From contig OZ024743.1 in assembly GCA_964016885.1 (NCBI GenBank), forward strand, positions 334,242,001 to 334,306,000: DNA of 64,000 bases, given 5' to 3'. The notes below the pieces were generated by a model. It worked only from the letters and a program-made list of their open reading frames with translations. It made no database searches and had not been told where the DNA came from. Of this stretch, positions 24,962 through 35,595 are shown in pieces. Numbering within the stretch: the first letter of the stretch is position 1; the number at the start of each line of letters is the position of its first letter. The position numbers and the translations under genes are program-made. The stretch is from Eledone cirrhosa. Its lineage: Eukaryota.

Positions 24962-25142
24962 TTGGCTGTATCGGTAGAGGGTTGGACGCCATGCTTTCTA
25001 GCATAGTTACGTTCCTTTACGGTCTGAGTTAAAATCCCGTCGAGGTTAATTTTGCCTTTCATCCTTACGGGGTCGATAAAATAAAATACCAGTAATGCAC
25101 TGGAGTAATTGCTGGCCTTGTGCCAAAAGTAGAAACAATTAC
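24962..25142 (+). mobile_element. Nin-core tRNA-SINE
   Basis: Same family as 5480-5662. Confidence 0.85.
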
Positions 25143-25617
25143 TTTATACATTTTTACCAATAGAGAGGCGGTTTCTAACATATACAAAAGACTTTCGTTG
25201 GAATTTAGACAACATCAACTAGGTAAATTTGTATGTATGTGTGTGTGTGTATGCAGGTATGTATTGGATGTTATTGTATCTGTGGATCTGTGAATCTGTA
25301 TGCTTTGAGTCATATGTGTGCATGTACATATACTTTGTATCTGTACATGTATATATGCAGTTACTACATTCAGAATATTTGGAATGAATTACATAGATTA
25401 CATACTGTTCCATTAATGGATTGTACTAGTAACTTCCTAACTAGTTGTATTCGTTCTGGTTCTGTGAATCCCATCTTTTGAATATATGTCGAGGCAGTCA
25501 GAAACATATCCCAAATCTCCAATGATTACAGGCATAAATCTGAAGGTATAGTCAGGGTGGAGTATCTGTAGTTTCCTCATTAGTTCTGCGTATACGTTCT
25601 GTTTTTCGGCAATCTTT
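25143..25617 (-). mobile_element. 5'-truncated R4/Dong family-2 LINE
   Basis: Encodes KIAEKQNVYAELMRKLQILHPDYTFRFMPVIIG, with a 3'UTR matching 9650-9840. The 5' junction lies in (TATG)n. Confidence 0.85.
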
Positions 25618-25671
25618 ATGTATGTATGTATGTATGTATGTATGTATGTATGTATGTATGTATGTATGTAT

Positions 25672-26281
25672 GTCAGGTCACCAGTTGGTGCTACTGGTAA
25701 CATGTATCCCAGTACAACCTGTCCCATGGTCGGGTCGTTGGCGACTAAACTGGCAACCCCACCAAGGTTTCTTGGTGAGGAGGGTGACTTTGGACATCCT
25801 GCAGGACTAAAAACAAAACCTGTCAAAGGGCAAAGGAGCTCTTAAGAGTCAATGGCCATCCAAAATCACCGGGAGAGATGACCCCTTAGCCTTTGTCAAG
25901 GCAGAATTCTAGGAGAAGGAAAACTCTGATATAACACCTGCAACCCTGATGGTATCCAATGATGTTGACTTGTTCTTCTTTTTGGTAAATATCATCTTGG
26001 TTAAGAGAGTGGGACTGGCTTTGTGCAGTGCCTTTGCTCACTATAAAAGCTTCACGGCACAGGCATTGCTTTATATCTGGAGATCTCTCTGCACTTGTCG
26101 TCACATGGTACCATGGGCCCTGCACTATGTGTCAGTAATTGTCACAAGTGTAGTGTTTGTACCAGAGTTTTCAAGTCGCTGGCTGGACTAAAAAGTCACA
26201 CTCGTTCAGCGCATCGGTAGGGGTTCTCCTACATGGATATAAAGTAGTGGCCGTACTCGAAAACGAGTTGGCAGCCACCAT
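25672..26281 (+). mobile_element. Bipartite non-autonomous RTE element, type B (full head)
   Basis: Near-identical to 15006-15561; flanked by (TATG)n. Confidence 0.85.
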
Positions 26282-26320
26282 GTATGTATGTATGTATGTA
26301 TGTATGTATGTATGTGTGTA

Positions 26321-26619
26321 TGTTATCCCAGTTTCCTGAGTTGCCTTCTCCTAGAAGAATGCCCTGACAAAGGCTAAGGGTCCTTCACTCCGATATAAAC
26401 CCTGCGACTCAGTAGTTACCGATGGTGTTGATCGTTTCTTCTTTTGGGGTTATAGCTACTGTCGCTCAGAGTGTGGGGTTGGCTCAGTGCACAGTCTTTC
26501 CTCACTTTAAAAATATCTTCACACACAGGCATTACACGATGGAGTTAATTAATAATTATTAATAATGGTATATCGTGCAATGGCCATACTCGATAACGAG
26601 GCGGCAGCCATCATCATGT
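26321..26619 (+). mobile_element. RTE-derived type A element with an inverted 5' segment
   Basis: 26321-26391 is the reverse complement of the type A segment ggagtgaagg...gggataac; the rest is in sense orientation. Confidence 0.8.
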
Positions 26620-26646
26620 ACGTAAGTATGTATGTATGTATGTATG

Positions 26647-27248
26647 TCCACTTGGTGCTACTGGTAACATGTATCCCAGTACAACCTGTCTCATGGTCGG
26701 GTCGTTGGCGACTAAACTGGCAACCCCACCAAGGTTTCTTGGTGAGGAGGGTGACTTTGGACATCCTGCAGGACTAAAAACAAAACCTGTCGAAGGGCAA
26801 AGGAGCTCTTAAGAGTCAATGGCCATCCAAAATCACTGGGAGAGATGACCCCTTAGCCTTTGTCAAGGCAGAATTCTAAGAGAAGGAAAACTCTGATATA
26901 ACACCTGCAACCCTGATGGTATCCAATGATGTTGACTTGTTCTTCTTTTTGGTAAATATCATCTTGGTTAAGAGAGTGGGACTGGCTTTGTGCAGTGCCT
27001 TTGCTCACTATAAAAGCTTCACAGCACAGGCATTGCTTTATATCTGGAGATCTCTCTGCACTTATCGTCACATGGTACCATGGGCCCAGCACTATGTGTC
27101 AATAATTGTCACAAGTGTAGTGTTTGTACCAGAGTTTTCAAGTCGCTGGCTGGACTAAAAAGTCACACTCGTTCAGCGCATCGTTAGGGGTTCTCCTACA
27201 TGGATATAAAGTAGTGGCCGTACTCGAAAACGAGTTGGCAGCCACCAT
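26647..27248 (+). mobile_element. Bipartite non-autonomous RTE element, type B
   Basis: Near-identical to 25672-26281, with a (TATG)n tail. Confidence 0.85.
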
Positions 27249-27317
27249 GTATGTATGTATGTATGTATGTATGTATGTATGTATGTATGTATGTATGTAT
27301 GTATGTATGTATGTATT

Positions 27318-27982
27318 TTAATGTGTGGTCCCAAACAATTACATCTAGCCGGTTGTGTTTTAATTTCGTGGCTGTTTTTATTTTGAGTGTATATATCTAT
27401 GTCTTATCTCCTAGTTTTACTTTAATTTTTATTAATTTCTCACCAGCAGAGGAGCCGATTACTAATACAGAAGCAAGACAGTTTCAATGGAATTTAAATA
27501 ACATTAACTAAGTAATTATGTATGTACGTCAGTTTGTCTAGTACTGGGGTTAATTCTTCTTCTATATCTCTTTTTCACTTCCTCTCTCTTACTCTCTATC
27601 CTTCTCTGGTATAAATCTGCTGTATTCAGACCTGGAGAGGAGACGGCCTTCACCAGATTTAATAAATTACCCAGAAAGGTCGTATGTCAATACGGCGCCT
27701 CTACGACTCCCTCGAGAGATACAGGCCCATGCAAGCATATGCAGTTATTATATGCTAAATGTCTGGAATGATTTATATAATTCTACAGTACTTGCAATGC
27801 CTAATTAACCGTACTGATTTGTGTTGAGGCAGTAAGTTATCCAAGCACTCAAATGATCACAAGTACAAATCTAAAGTTTCCATCATTAATTAGGTATATA
27901 TATTCTCGTTTTAGCAAATATTTAACTTTATCTTAACATCTAATGGGCAGCTGATTTCATCACTGTGGTGCATACCTTTATT
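27318..27982 (-). mobile_element. Old, scrambled R4/Dong fragments
   Basis: 27318-27385 encodes KIKTATKLKHNRLDVIVWDHTLK; ~27410-27530 resembles the family-2 3'UTR; ~27900-27980 encodes EISCPLDVKI. Confidence 0.6.
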
Positions 27983-28208
27983 TGTATGTATGTATGTATG
28001 TATGTATGTATGTATGTATGTATGTATGTATGTATGTATGTATGTATGTATGTATGTATGTATGTATGCATGCATGTATGTATGTATGTATGTATGTATG
28101 TATGTATGTATGTATGTATGTATGTATGTATGTATGTATGTATGTATGCATGCATGCATGCATGTATGTATGTATGTATGTATGTATGTATGTATGTATG
28201 TATGTATG

Positions 28209-29072
28209 TTATCTCTTTCTCTTAATTTCGAGTATATTTTTTTTGACCGGCCACCTTCCTGGTGGCAAGGTTGTAAAAGAAAAGAAATTGTCATCCCTTG
28301 AATCGCAAGAATGTTTTGCAAATTTTGAAGGTGCCAGCTATCGCAGCCATTTGTAGACTATGAATTAGGGAGCTGCACTCTTTGTCCGCAAATCCAAGTT
28401 CAGTCATACTTTGGTCCAAGCGGGTTGGTATATAACCCGTAGCTCCAATAATGATGGGCATGAAGCTAAAGGTGTATCTTGGATACTGGATTTGTAAACT
28501 CCTCATCAATGGTCCGTAGATGTCCTCCTTCGCCTGTATTTTTCTGACAACGTTTACATCAAGTGGGCAGCTGATCTCCACAACAGAACACGTTTTCAAT
28601 GTGTGGTCCCAAACAACAATATCAGGCCGGTTGTGCTTTAATAGGTGGCAGTTTTTATTTTCAGGTTCCACCAGTATTCCTTAGTGCCATCTGTCTCAAT
28701 ATATTCTTCCTCGTTTGTTGTTAATTTTGTTTTCCGAAGTGCGTTCCAGATGGTTCTAGCTATCCCATCGTGTCTCATGGGGAGGTAGTAGCGAGATGAC
28801 ATTCTTTCGCAGCTGGCAACAATGTAGCTTACATCCTCGATCTTTGTTTTACATAACCTACATTTATTGTCAGCTGATGGCCCTCCCTTTTTGTGCAGCA
28901 GATATTTGGTGGGGAGTTCTTGCTCCTGTATTTCATAGAGATATCCCTCAAGGTGTGATGTCATAAACTTGTTGGAACTCCATGCCAGGCTTTTTGAGTA
29001 GTTTATCCCCTCAATGGTCTGTGTTTTACGTCTCAAGTATCCATGCACAACTTTTTCTGTAAATTGGTCAAT
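28209..29072 (-). mobile_element. 5'-truncated R4/Dong family-1 LINE
   Basis: Near-identical to 51866-52720 (HGYLRRK...CRLC...HNRPDIVVWD...EISCP...FKG*). (TATG)n on both sides. Confidence 0.93.
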
Positions 29073-29193
29073 GTATGTATGTATGTATGTATGTATGTAT
29101 GTATGTATGTATGTATGTATGTATGCATGTATGTATGAATGTATGTATGTGTGTATGTGTGTATGTATGTATGTATGAATGTATATATGTATA

Positions 29194-29228
29194 TTCTGGT
29201 TTTATAATTTTATACATTTTTACAAATC

Positions 29229-29315
<87 letters not shown>

Positions 29316-29460
29316 GGTTTCTAACATAGATACAAGACTCATTGTAATTTACACAACATCAACTAGGTAGATGTGTATGCATGTATGCATGCATGTGTGT
29401 GCAGGTATGGATGTTACTGTATGTGTGGATGTGTATGTTTTGAGTTATATGTGTGCATTT
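29194..29460 (-). mobile_element. R4 family-2 3'UTR fragment with an expanded (GA)n tract
   Basis: Matches 9625-9810, where the GA run is only about 5 units long. Confidence 0.75.
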
Positions 29461-29844
29461 GCTGAATTTATGTCCCTTATGAATTTTGATATAAATACGC
29501 CATTGCATATAAGATTTTGCTTTTTCTATCTTTATCTTTTCTATATATTCTTGAAATAAAATAATAGTAAATGAATTATTCAGAAATATATTTACATACT
29601 CATAAATTGATAAACTCCCAGAATATTTCTGTACTGTTCTGAAACGCATTCATTTCTTTGATCTTTCCTTATAAATTGTATAATATTGTTTCGAAAGACA
29701 ATACATATCATAATAAAAACTCAAGTATAGAACTAAAAATCGTCAATTTAATCACTCAAAAATTATGCAGTCACATTTAGCAAACATTGGCATGAACATT
29801 ATAATTGTTAGAAATGTTATTTATTGATTCGTTTTTCCTCAATA

Positions 29845-29990
29845 TCTATATATCTAAAACAGAGAATGTCTCTCTGACTCCCTAAAACTCGAGAACCACC
29901 CAACCGATCGTTTTAAAACTTTACACATGTAAGTGTGAGTGTTTTGAGCAAACTGTATTTCAAATTTTCAATGCCCTAGGGGCCGCATTA
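29845..29990 (+). mobile_element. Possible non-autonomous Helitron-type 5' end
   Basis: Starts A|TCTATATATCTAAAAC followed by gtctctctg...aaaactcgagaaccacccaaccgat...aaactttacac, as in invertebrate Helitron-derived repeats. No 3' end found. Confidence 0.4.
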
Positions 29991-30117
29991 GATAGCTATA
30001 ACGTCGCGCCCTTATAATATATGTCTGTATGTCTGGCTCTCTGCATTACGGCATTATGACACTAACTGTGTGTGTATATATATGTATATGTGTATATATA
30101 TATATAAGTATATATAT

Positions 30118-30544
30118 ATATATTATCTTTACATTCTTTTAATTTCCCCTCATCTTTAACAGCACTTTTCAACTGCATCTAACTCTTATTTATCATACCT
30201 ATATGTATTAGTATAATTTTATCAATATAAATATACCCATCAATTAAATTAATTTATATTCTTTTCATAGATGTATTTTTTTCACTAACATTCTTATCGT
30301 AAAACTTTAGTCACCTTAGATATTTGTATTGGCATTACTATTTTATAACAGCAACTGCTTGTATACCTTTTACTGACCACCTGACCTACTTTCACCCCTA
30401 AAATAGGCTTCAATTACTACTATTTTACCATTTGGCCAATTATTAACTTTCTATTGGTTAATTCTAAACCTCTTACCAAACAGACAGAATATATTAGATC
30501 TTTGTTGGTTTTATTCAATGAACAAATAAAATTATTTCTGAGGT
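30118..30544 (+). mobile_element. Partial copy of the Penelope-like pLTR
   Basis: Near-identical to 34195-34619 and inverted relative to ~32262-32685; preceded by (TA)n. Confidence 0.85.
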
Positions 30545-30850
30545 GTGTGTAGCGTTTTTCAAAATATTTACTTCTGCGTTCACAGATTGATTTTTTTAGT
30601 TTCAGAAGATCCCGTTAAGAGTGAAAACAGCGATTCTTCGCTTAAACTTTAATCTGTTATTTTAATATATATATATATAATTATATATTCATGTACAGAT
30701 ATTTTTGCATACACAATAACAAAATATAAACAAACGTATTTATTTCACAAAATATAAACAAACGTATTTATTTCTCAGGCGCTTCCAACAGAAATGGTCG
30801 CATTCTTTAAGGGTATGTCAATATTTATTTATAAAACTGCTCTATATTAT

Positions 30851-30913
30851 ATTTTATCTGATGAAAGCACACCACAATTTAACTTGCTGTCCTTGAAATA
30901 TGTATAATGAAAT
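30851..30913 (+). ncRNA. Minimal type I hammerhead ribozyme
   Basis: attttat-CTGATGA-aagcac...gtcctt-GAAAT-atgt-ATA-atgaaat. Stem I attttat/atgaaat; stem II aagcac/gtcctt with one mismatch. Confidence 0.6.
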
Positions 30914-31047
30914 AAATATGGTTTTATAAATATAGTTTCCATTTGTTAATATATCGTATTTTTACTCCAATTATTTGTTGAGTGCTTTATATCAGTTATA
31001 AAAATATTTGCTTGTTGTATCCAAACAATTTAAATAGAACTTCTACA

Positions 31048-31084
<37 letters not shown>

Positions 31085-31160
31085 CAATTATCCCAATGTA
31101 TTACTGGTGCTTTATTTTATTAACCCCGTAAGGATGAAAGGCAAAGTTAACCTCGGCGAG
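31085..31160 (-). mobile_element. Fragment of the Nin-core SINE
   Basis: Contains ttactggtgctttattttattaaccccgtaaggatgaaaggcaaagttaacctcggcg. Confidence 0.7.
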
Positions 31161-31414
31161 AAGATAATTATATGATATTAATCGACCAGGTCCAGTTTCG
31201 TCTTTAACCTGTTTGTATTTTCGTTGTTGTAGTGTTTTTGTGGCAACATCTCTCCGGTCGTAATTATCACTGTCACATCCCTAACGTATTGTTATTACTC
31301 TGAGCTACAATTTATCGATTTATCAATATCATCTCATTGAGTGCTTCATGCCATCCTCAGAAGATTGATTTCGAAACTGCTAATCGCAGCTGCAACTACG
31401 ATTTTACTCACTAT

Positions 31415-31474
<60 letters not shown>

Positions 31475-31630
31475 AAAGAATGAAGAATAACATGGTCGGC
31501 TGTACAATAGGGTATATTTACAGTATTAACAATTGTTTCATTAGTCCGGTGTGTCTAAAAGTCACTGATTTTTAGAAGTTACGTCACTCGACCTTAATGA
31601 CAGTCGATACCCGAACAAATCGCCAGAATA

Positions 31631-31722
<92 letters not shown>

Positions 31723-31904
31723 TAAATCTACCAAAACTTTACGGTAGTGTCCAATCCGTATGAAGAACTCAATGTAATCCGGATATCATGAAAAGAGATG
31801 TATTCAAAAACTACTTTCGGTGAAAAATAAACGGAAAACAGAGTCAAGATAAATTAATAAAATAATGAATAAACAAAGAAACAGTTCCTTATATTAAAAA
31901 AAAT

Positions 31905-32046
31905 TCATCATTTTACGATCGTTTCTAGGATATATATGTGTTAGAGTTGGTATGCATATTCTATAGATCTATGTACAATATTTATACAAACTATCAGAGG
32001 GAATATACATACCTACACATATATATGCTGTCTTCAGAAATAATGA
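31905..32046 (-). ncRNA. Type I hammerhead with ~105-nt stem II (pLTR copy 1)
   Basis: Reverse complement of 34834-34975. Confidence 0.7.
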
Positions 32047-33214
32047 TATTTGTTTATTGAAAAAAACAAAGATTCAATACAATAGGTCTGTTTGGGAACA
32101 GGTTTTGAATTGACCAATAGAAAGATAGTGAGGGTCAAGATAGTAATATAGTAGTAGAAGAACCTTAAATTATGGGTAGAGGAAGGTAGATTTCAGTTTT
32201 GGATGGAAAAGAATATTATGAATGAAGGATTATTTTAGGGAAGAAATAGGTCTTATGCTGACCTCAGAAATAATTTTATTTGTTCATTGAATAAAACCAA
32301 CAAAGATCTAATATATTCTGTCTGTTTGGTAAGAGGTTTAGAATTAACCAATAGAAAGTTAATAATTGGCCAAATGGTAAAATAGTAGTAATTGAAGCCT
32401 ATTTTAGGGGTGAAAGTAGGTCAGGTGGTCAGTAAAAGGTATACAAGCAGTTGCTGTTATAAAATAGTAATGCCAATACAAATATCTAAGGTGACTAAAG
32501 TTTTACGATAAGAATGTTAGTGAAAAAAATACATCTATGAAAAGAATATAAATTAATTTAATTGATGGGTATATTTATATTGATAAAATTATACTAATAC
32601 ATATAGGTATGATAAATAAGAGTTAGATGCAGTTGAAAAGTGCTGTTAAAGATGAGGGGAAATTAAAAGAATGTAAAAATAATATATATATATATACTTA
32701 TATATATATATACACATATATACACATACATACACACATATACACACATATATATATATACACATATATATATATATATATATATACATATACATGCATA
32801 TATACATACATACATATATATATATATATACACACATACACACTTACATATACATATAATTATTGGGGGGGGGGGAATTAGATTTATTAGTGAGAAATAA
32901 TAAAAAATATATATAGTTTTCAAGGAACATAGAGTCATAACCTGAAGTTAAATCATTATATATGTTTACTTAATGGTATCAGTTTTAGGAAATGATAGTT
33001 GTAAGAAGGAAAGCAAAATTATGTAGTTCATCAGTAGTAGAGTATTAATTATAGGTTAACTAAATTAAAAATAGTTTATATATTAATTTCTAAAGTGTAT
33101 ATTAATTAGGTTTATAATATTTAAAGTAGAATTATGTAGTTCATCAGTAGTAGAATATTAATTTTAGGTTAACTAAATTAAAAATAGTTTATATATTAAT
33201 TTCTAAAGTGTATA

Positions 33215-34124
33215 TTAATTAGGTTTATAATATTTAAAGGTTTTTCTCAGTTTATGATTCCATGATATTATTAATTCCTGTCGCTTATTTAATAGGATAT
33301 CCTTAGATTTCATTATTTCAAAAAGTTCTTGGGAACATAATCTACATTCATATCTACTATTTTGATAAGGGGTGGCTCTTTTGAGCACACTCCAGGTCAG
33401 GTCATAATCTATATTCCTTTTTCTATAACTATTAATTATTTCAGCTAAAGATGTTGTATTAGCTAGTGCCGCATTTTTAAAACTATGTTTGTAGGTATTA
33501 AATCTTACCTTAAATTTGTTAGAGGTAGCTCCTATATATGAATAAATTGAGTCCTTAGTGTTAACTTTACATTTATATACTATGTTATTAACAAGGCAAT
33601 TTCCTTTTAATGGACAATTTGCCTTGTTTCTACAGTTACAACTTTTCGTGAATCCTGTATCTGAGGAGATATTATGGTTAGTTTGATGTACTGGTGGTAT
33701 ACACATGGTTCTTTTACATTTATATGCATTATAGGCACTTATATTTTGTTTTATGTTTTTGGTTGTTGAGTAGGAGAATTTAACCGTTGATCTATTTAAG
33801 ATTTGATGGTATTTGTGGTTTGGCGGGAAGTTTTTCTGTAGGATATTAAAGAATTTTTTAGGTATATTATCCTTAATTTGTAAATTAAATGGAGCATTAT
33901 ACCATGTAACTCGTCTATTACGGTTTCGATGTTGTTTATTGTTTTTATAGGATGCATCCTGATGTTTATTAGGAGAATTATTGTTAATGACCTCACCACA
34001 CACATTTTTAGATTTAGGTGTTTTATCTTGTTTATTTGGAGTTTTATTATTAACATTTATTAGAGTTGTAGGATGAGTTGTTTTTTGAGAGTTACTATAC
34101 TGTATATTAGAAGAGTTAGAGAAA
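33215..34124 (-). CDS. Penelope-like ORF C-terminus: linker plus GIY-YIG endonuclease (RT domain lost)
   Basis: Encodes RRVTWYNAPF...NFPPNHKYHQILNRSTVKFSYS...CNCRNKANCPLKGNCL..NIVYKC...YIGAT..FKVRF..H..CRLC..E...LLNKRQE. The frame stays open upstream of the listed start, up to the palindrome centre at 34124. Confidence 0.88.
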
Positions 34125-34161
34125 TTTCTCTAACTCTTCTAATATACAGTATAGTAACTCT
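34088..34161. repeat. Perfect 74-bp palindrome at the Penelope 5' truncation point
   Basis: agagttactatactgtatattagaagagttagagaaa|tttctctaactcttctaatatacagtatagtaactct. Confidence 0.95.
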
Positions 34162-34833
34162 GTATGTATGTGTATATATGTGTATATATATATATATTAT
34201 TTTTACATTCTTTTAATTTCCCCTCATCTTTAACAGCACTTTTCAACTGCATCTAACTCTTATTTATCATACCTATATGTATTAGTATAATTTTATCAAT
34301 ATAAATATACCCATCAATTAAATTAATTTATATTCTTTTCATAGATGTATTTTTTTCACTAACATTCTTATCGTAAAAACTTTAGTCACCTTAGATATTT
34401 GTATTGGCATTACTATTTTATAACAGCAACTGCTTGTATACCTTTTACTGACCACCTGACCTACTTTCACCCCTAAAATAGGCTTCAATTACTACTATTT
34501 TACCATTTGGCCAATTATTAACTTTCTATTGGTTAATTCTAAACCTCTTACCAAACAGACAGAATATATTAGATCTTTGTTGGTTTTATTCAATGAACAA
34601 ATAAAATTATTTCTGAGGTCAGCATAAGACCTATTTCTTCCCTAAAATAATCCTTCATTCATAATATTCTTTTCCATCCAAAACTGAAATCTACCTTCCT
34701 CTACCCATAATTTAAGGTTCTTCTACTACTATATTACTATCTTGACCCTCACTATCTTTCTATTGGTCAATTCAAAACCTGTTCCCAAACAGACCTATTG
34801 TATTGAATCTTTGTTTTTTTCAATAAACAAATA

Positions 34834-34975
34834 TCATTATTTCTGAAGACAGCATATATATGTGTAGGTATGTATATTCCCTCTGATAGTTTGTATAAAT
34901 ATTGTACATAGATCTATAGAATATGCATACCAACTCTAACACATATATATCCTAGAAACGATCGTAAAATGATGA
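34834..34975 (+). ncRNA. Type I hammerhead with ~105-nt stem II (pLTR copy 2)
   Basis: tcattattt-CTGAAGA-[long hairpin]-GAAAC-gatc-GTA-aaatgatga. 9-bp stem I with one G-U pair and a palindromic GAUC stem III loop. Confidence 0.7.
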
Positions 34976-35036
34976 ATTTTTTTTAATATAAGGAACTGTT
35001 TCTTTGTTTATTCATTATTTTATTAATTTATATATA

Positions 35037-35138
<102 letters not shown>

Positions 35139-35595
35139 TATAATATTATATGTTATTTATTTATGTTCATACACGGAACAAACGCGTTACTCAATGTTGA
35201 CCATATCTCCAGAATGTAGGGGGGATCAAAATTGTGACCTGATCTTCAGGCGCTTATACCAGTTTATAAGGTACTGTTAAAAGATAATTTTATAATATAA
35301 GGTGAGAGTGACTTCCACGTTTCGACGCTACCTCTTCAAACTACTAGCTGGAATCTTTCTTTGATCTATATATTTAATTCTATGTATATATTTAATTCTT
35401 AGTTACCATATAATCATTCAATGTAAATGTAAATGTGAATGTGTTTGAAGGAAGGTACATTGGGCTTTGCGGATTTTATATGCATGATTTGTCTTGGTTG
35501 GGGTGCGGTAACTCATGTTTCGAAAGAATGACATTTGGTTATTATTGTGTATTAATGAAGAGAATTATAAGTGTCTCAACGTGTTTGGATTTGGA

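Larger units (their letters stand above)
31720..35030 (-). mobile_element. 5'-truncated Penelope-like element (probably Naiad-type) with an inverted pLTR
   Basis: Contains a GIY-YIG ORF. ~31850-32685 and ~34195-35030 are near-perfect inverted copies, each carrying a hammerhead. (TA)n lies at both ends. Confidence 0.88.

Noticed and set aside
33018-33215. SECIS element downstream of the GIY-YIG ORF
   Set aside because: An ATGAA is present, but there is no convincing helix or GA quartet partner and no in-frame TGA in the ORF fragment.
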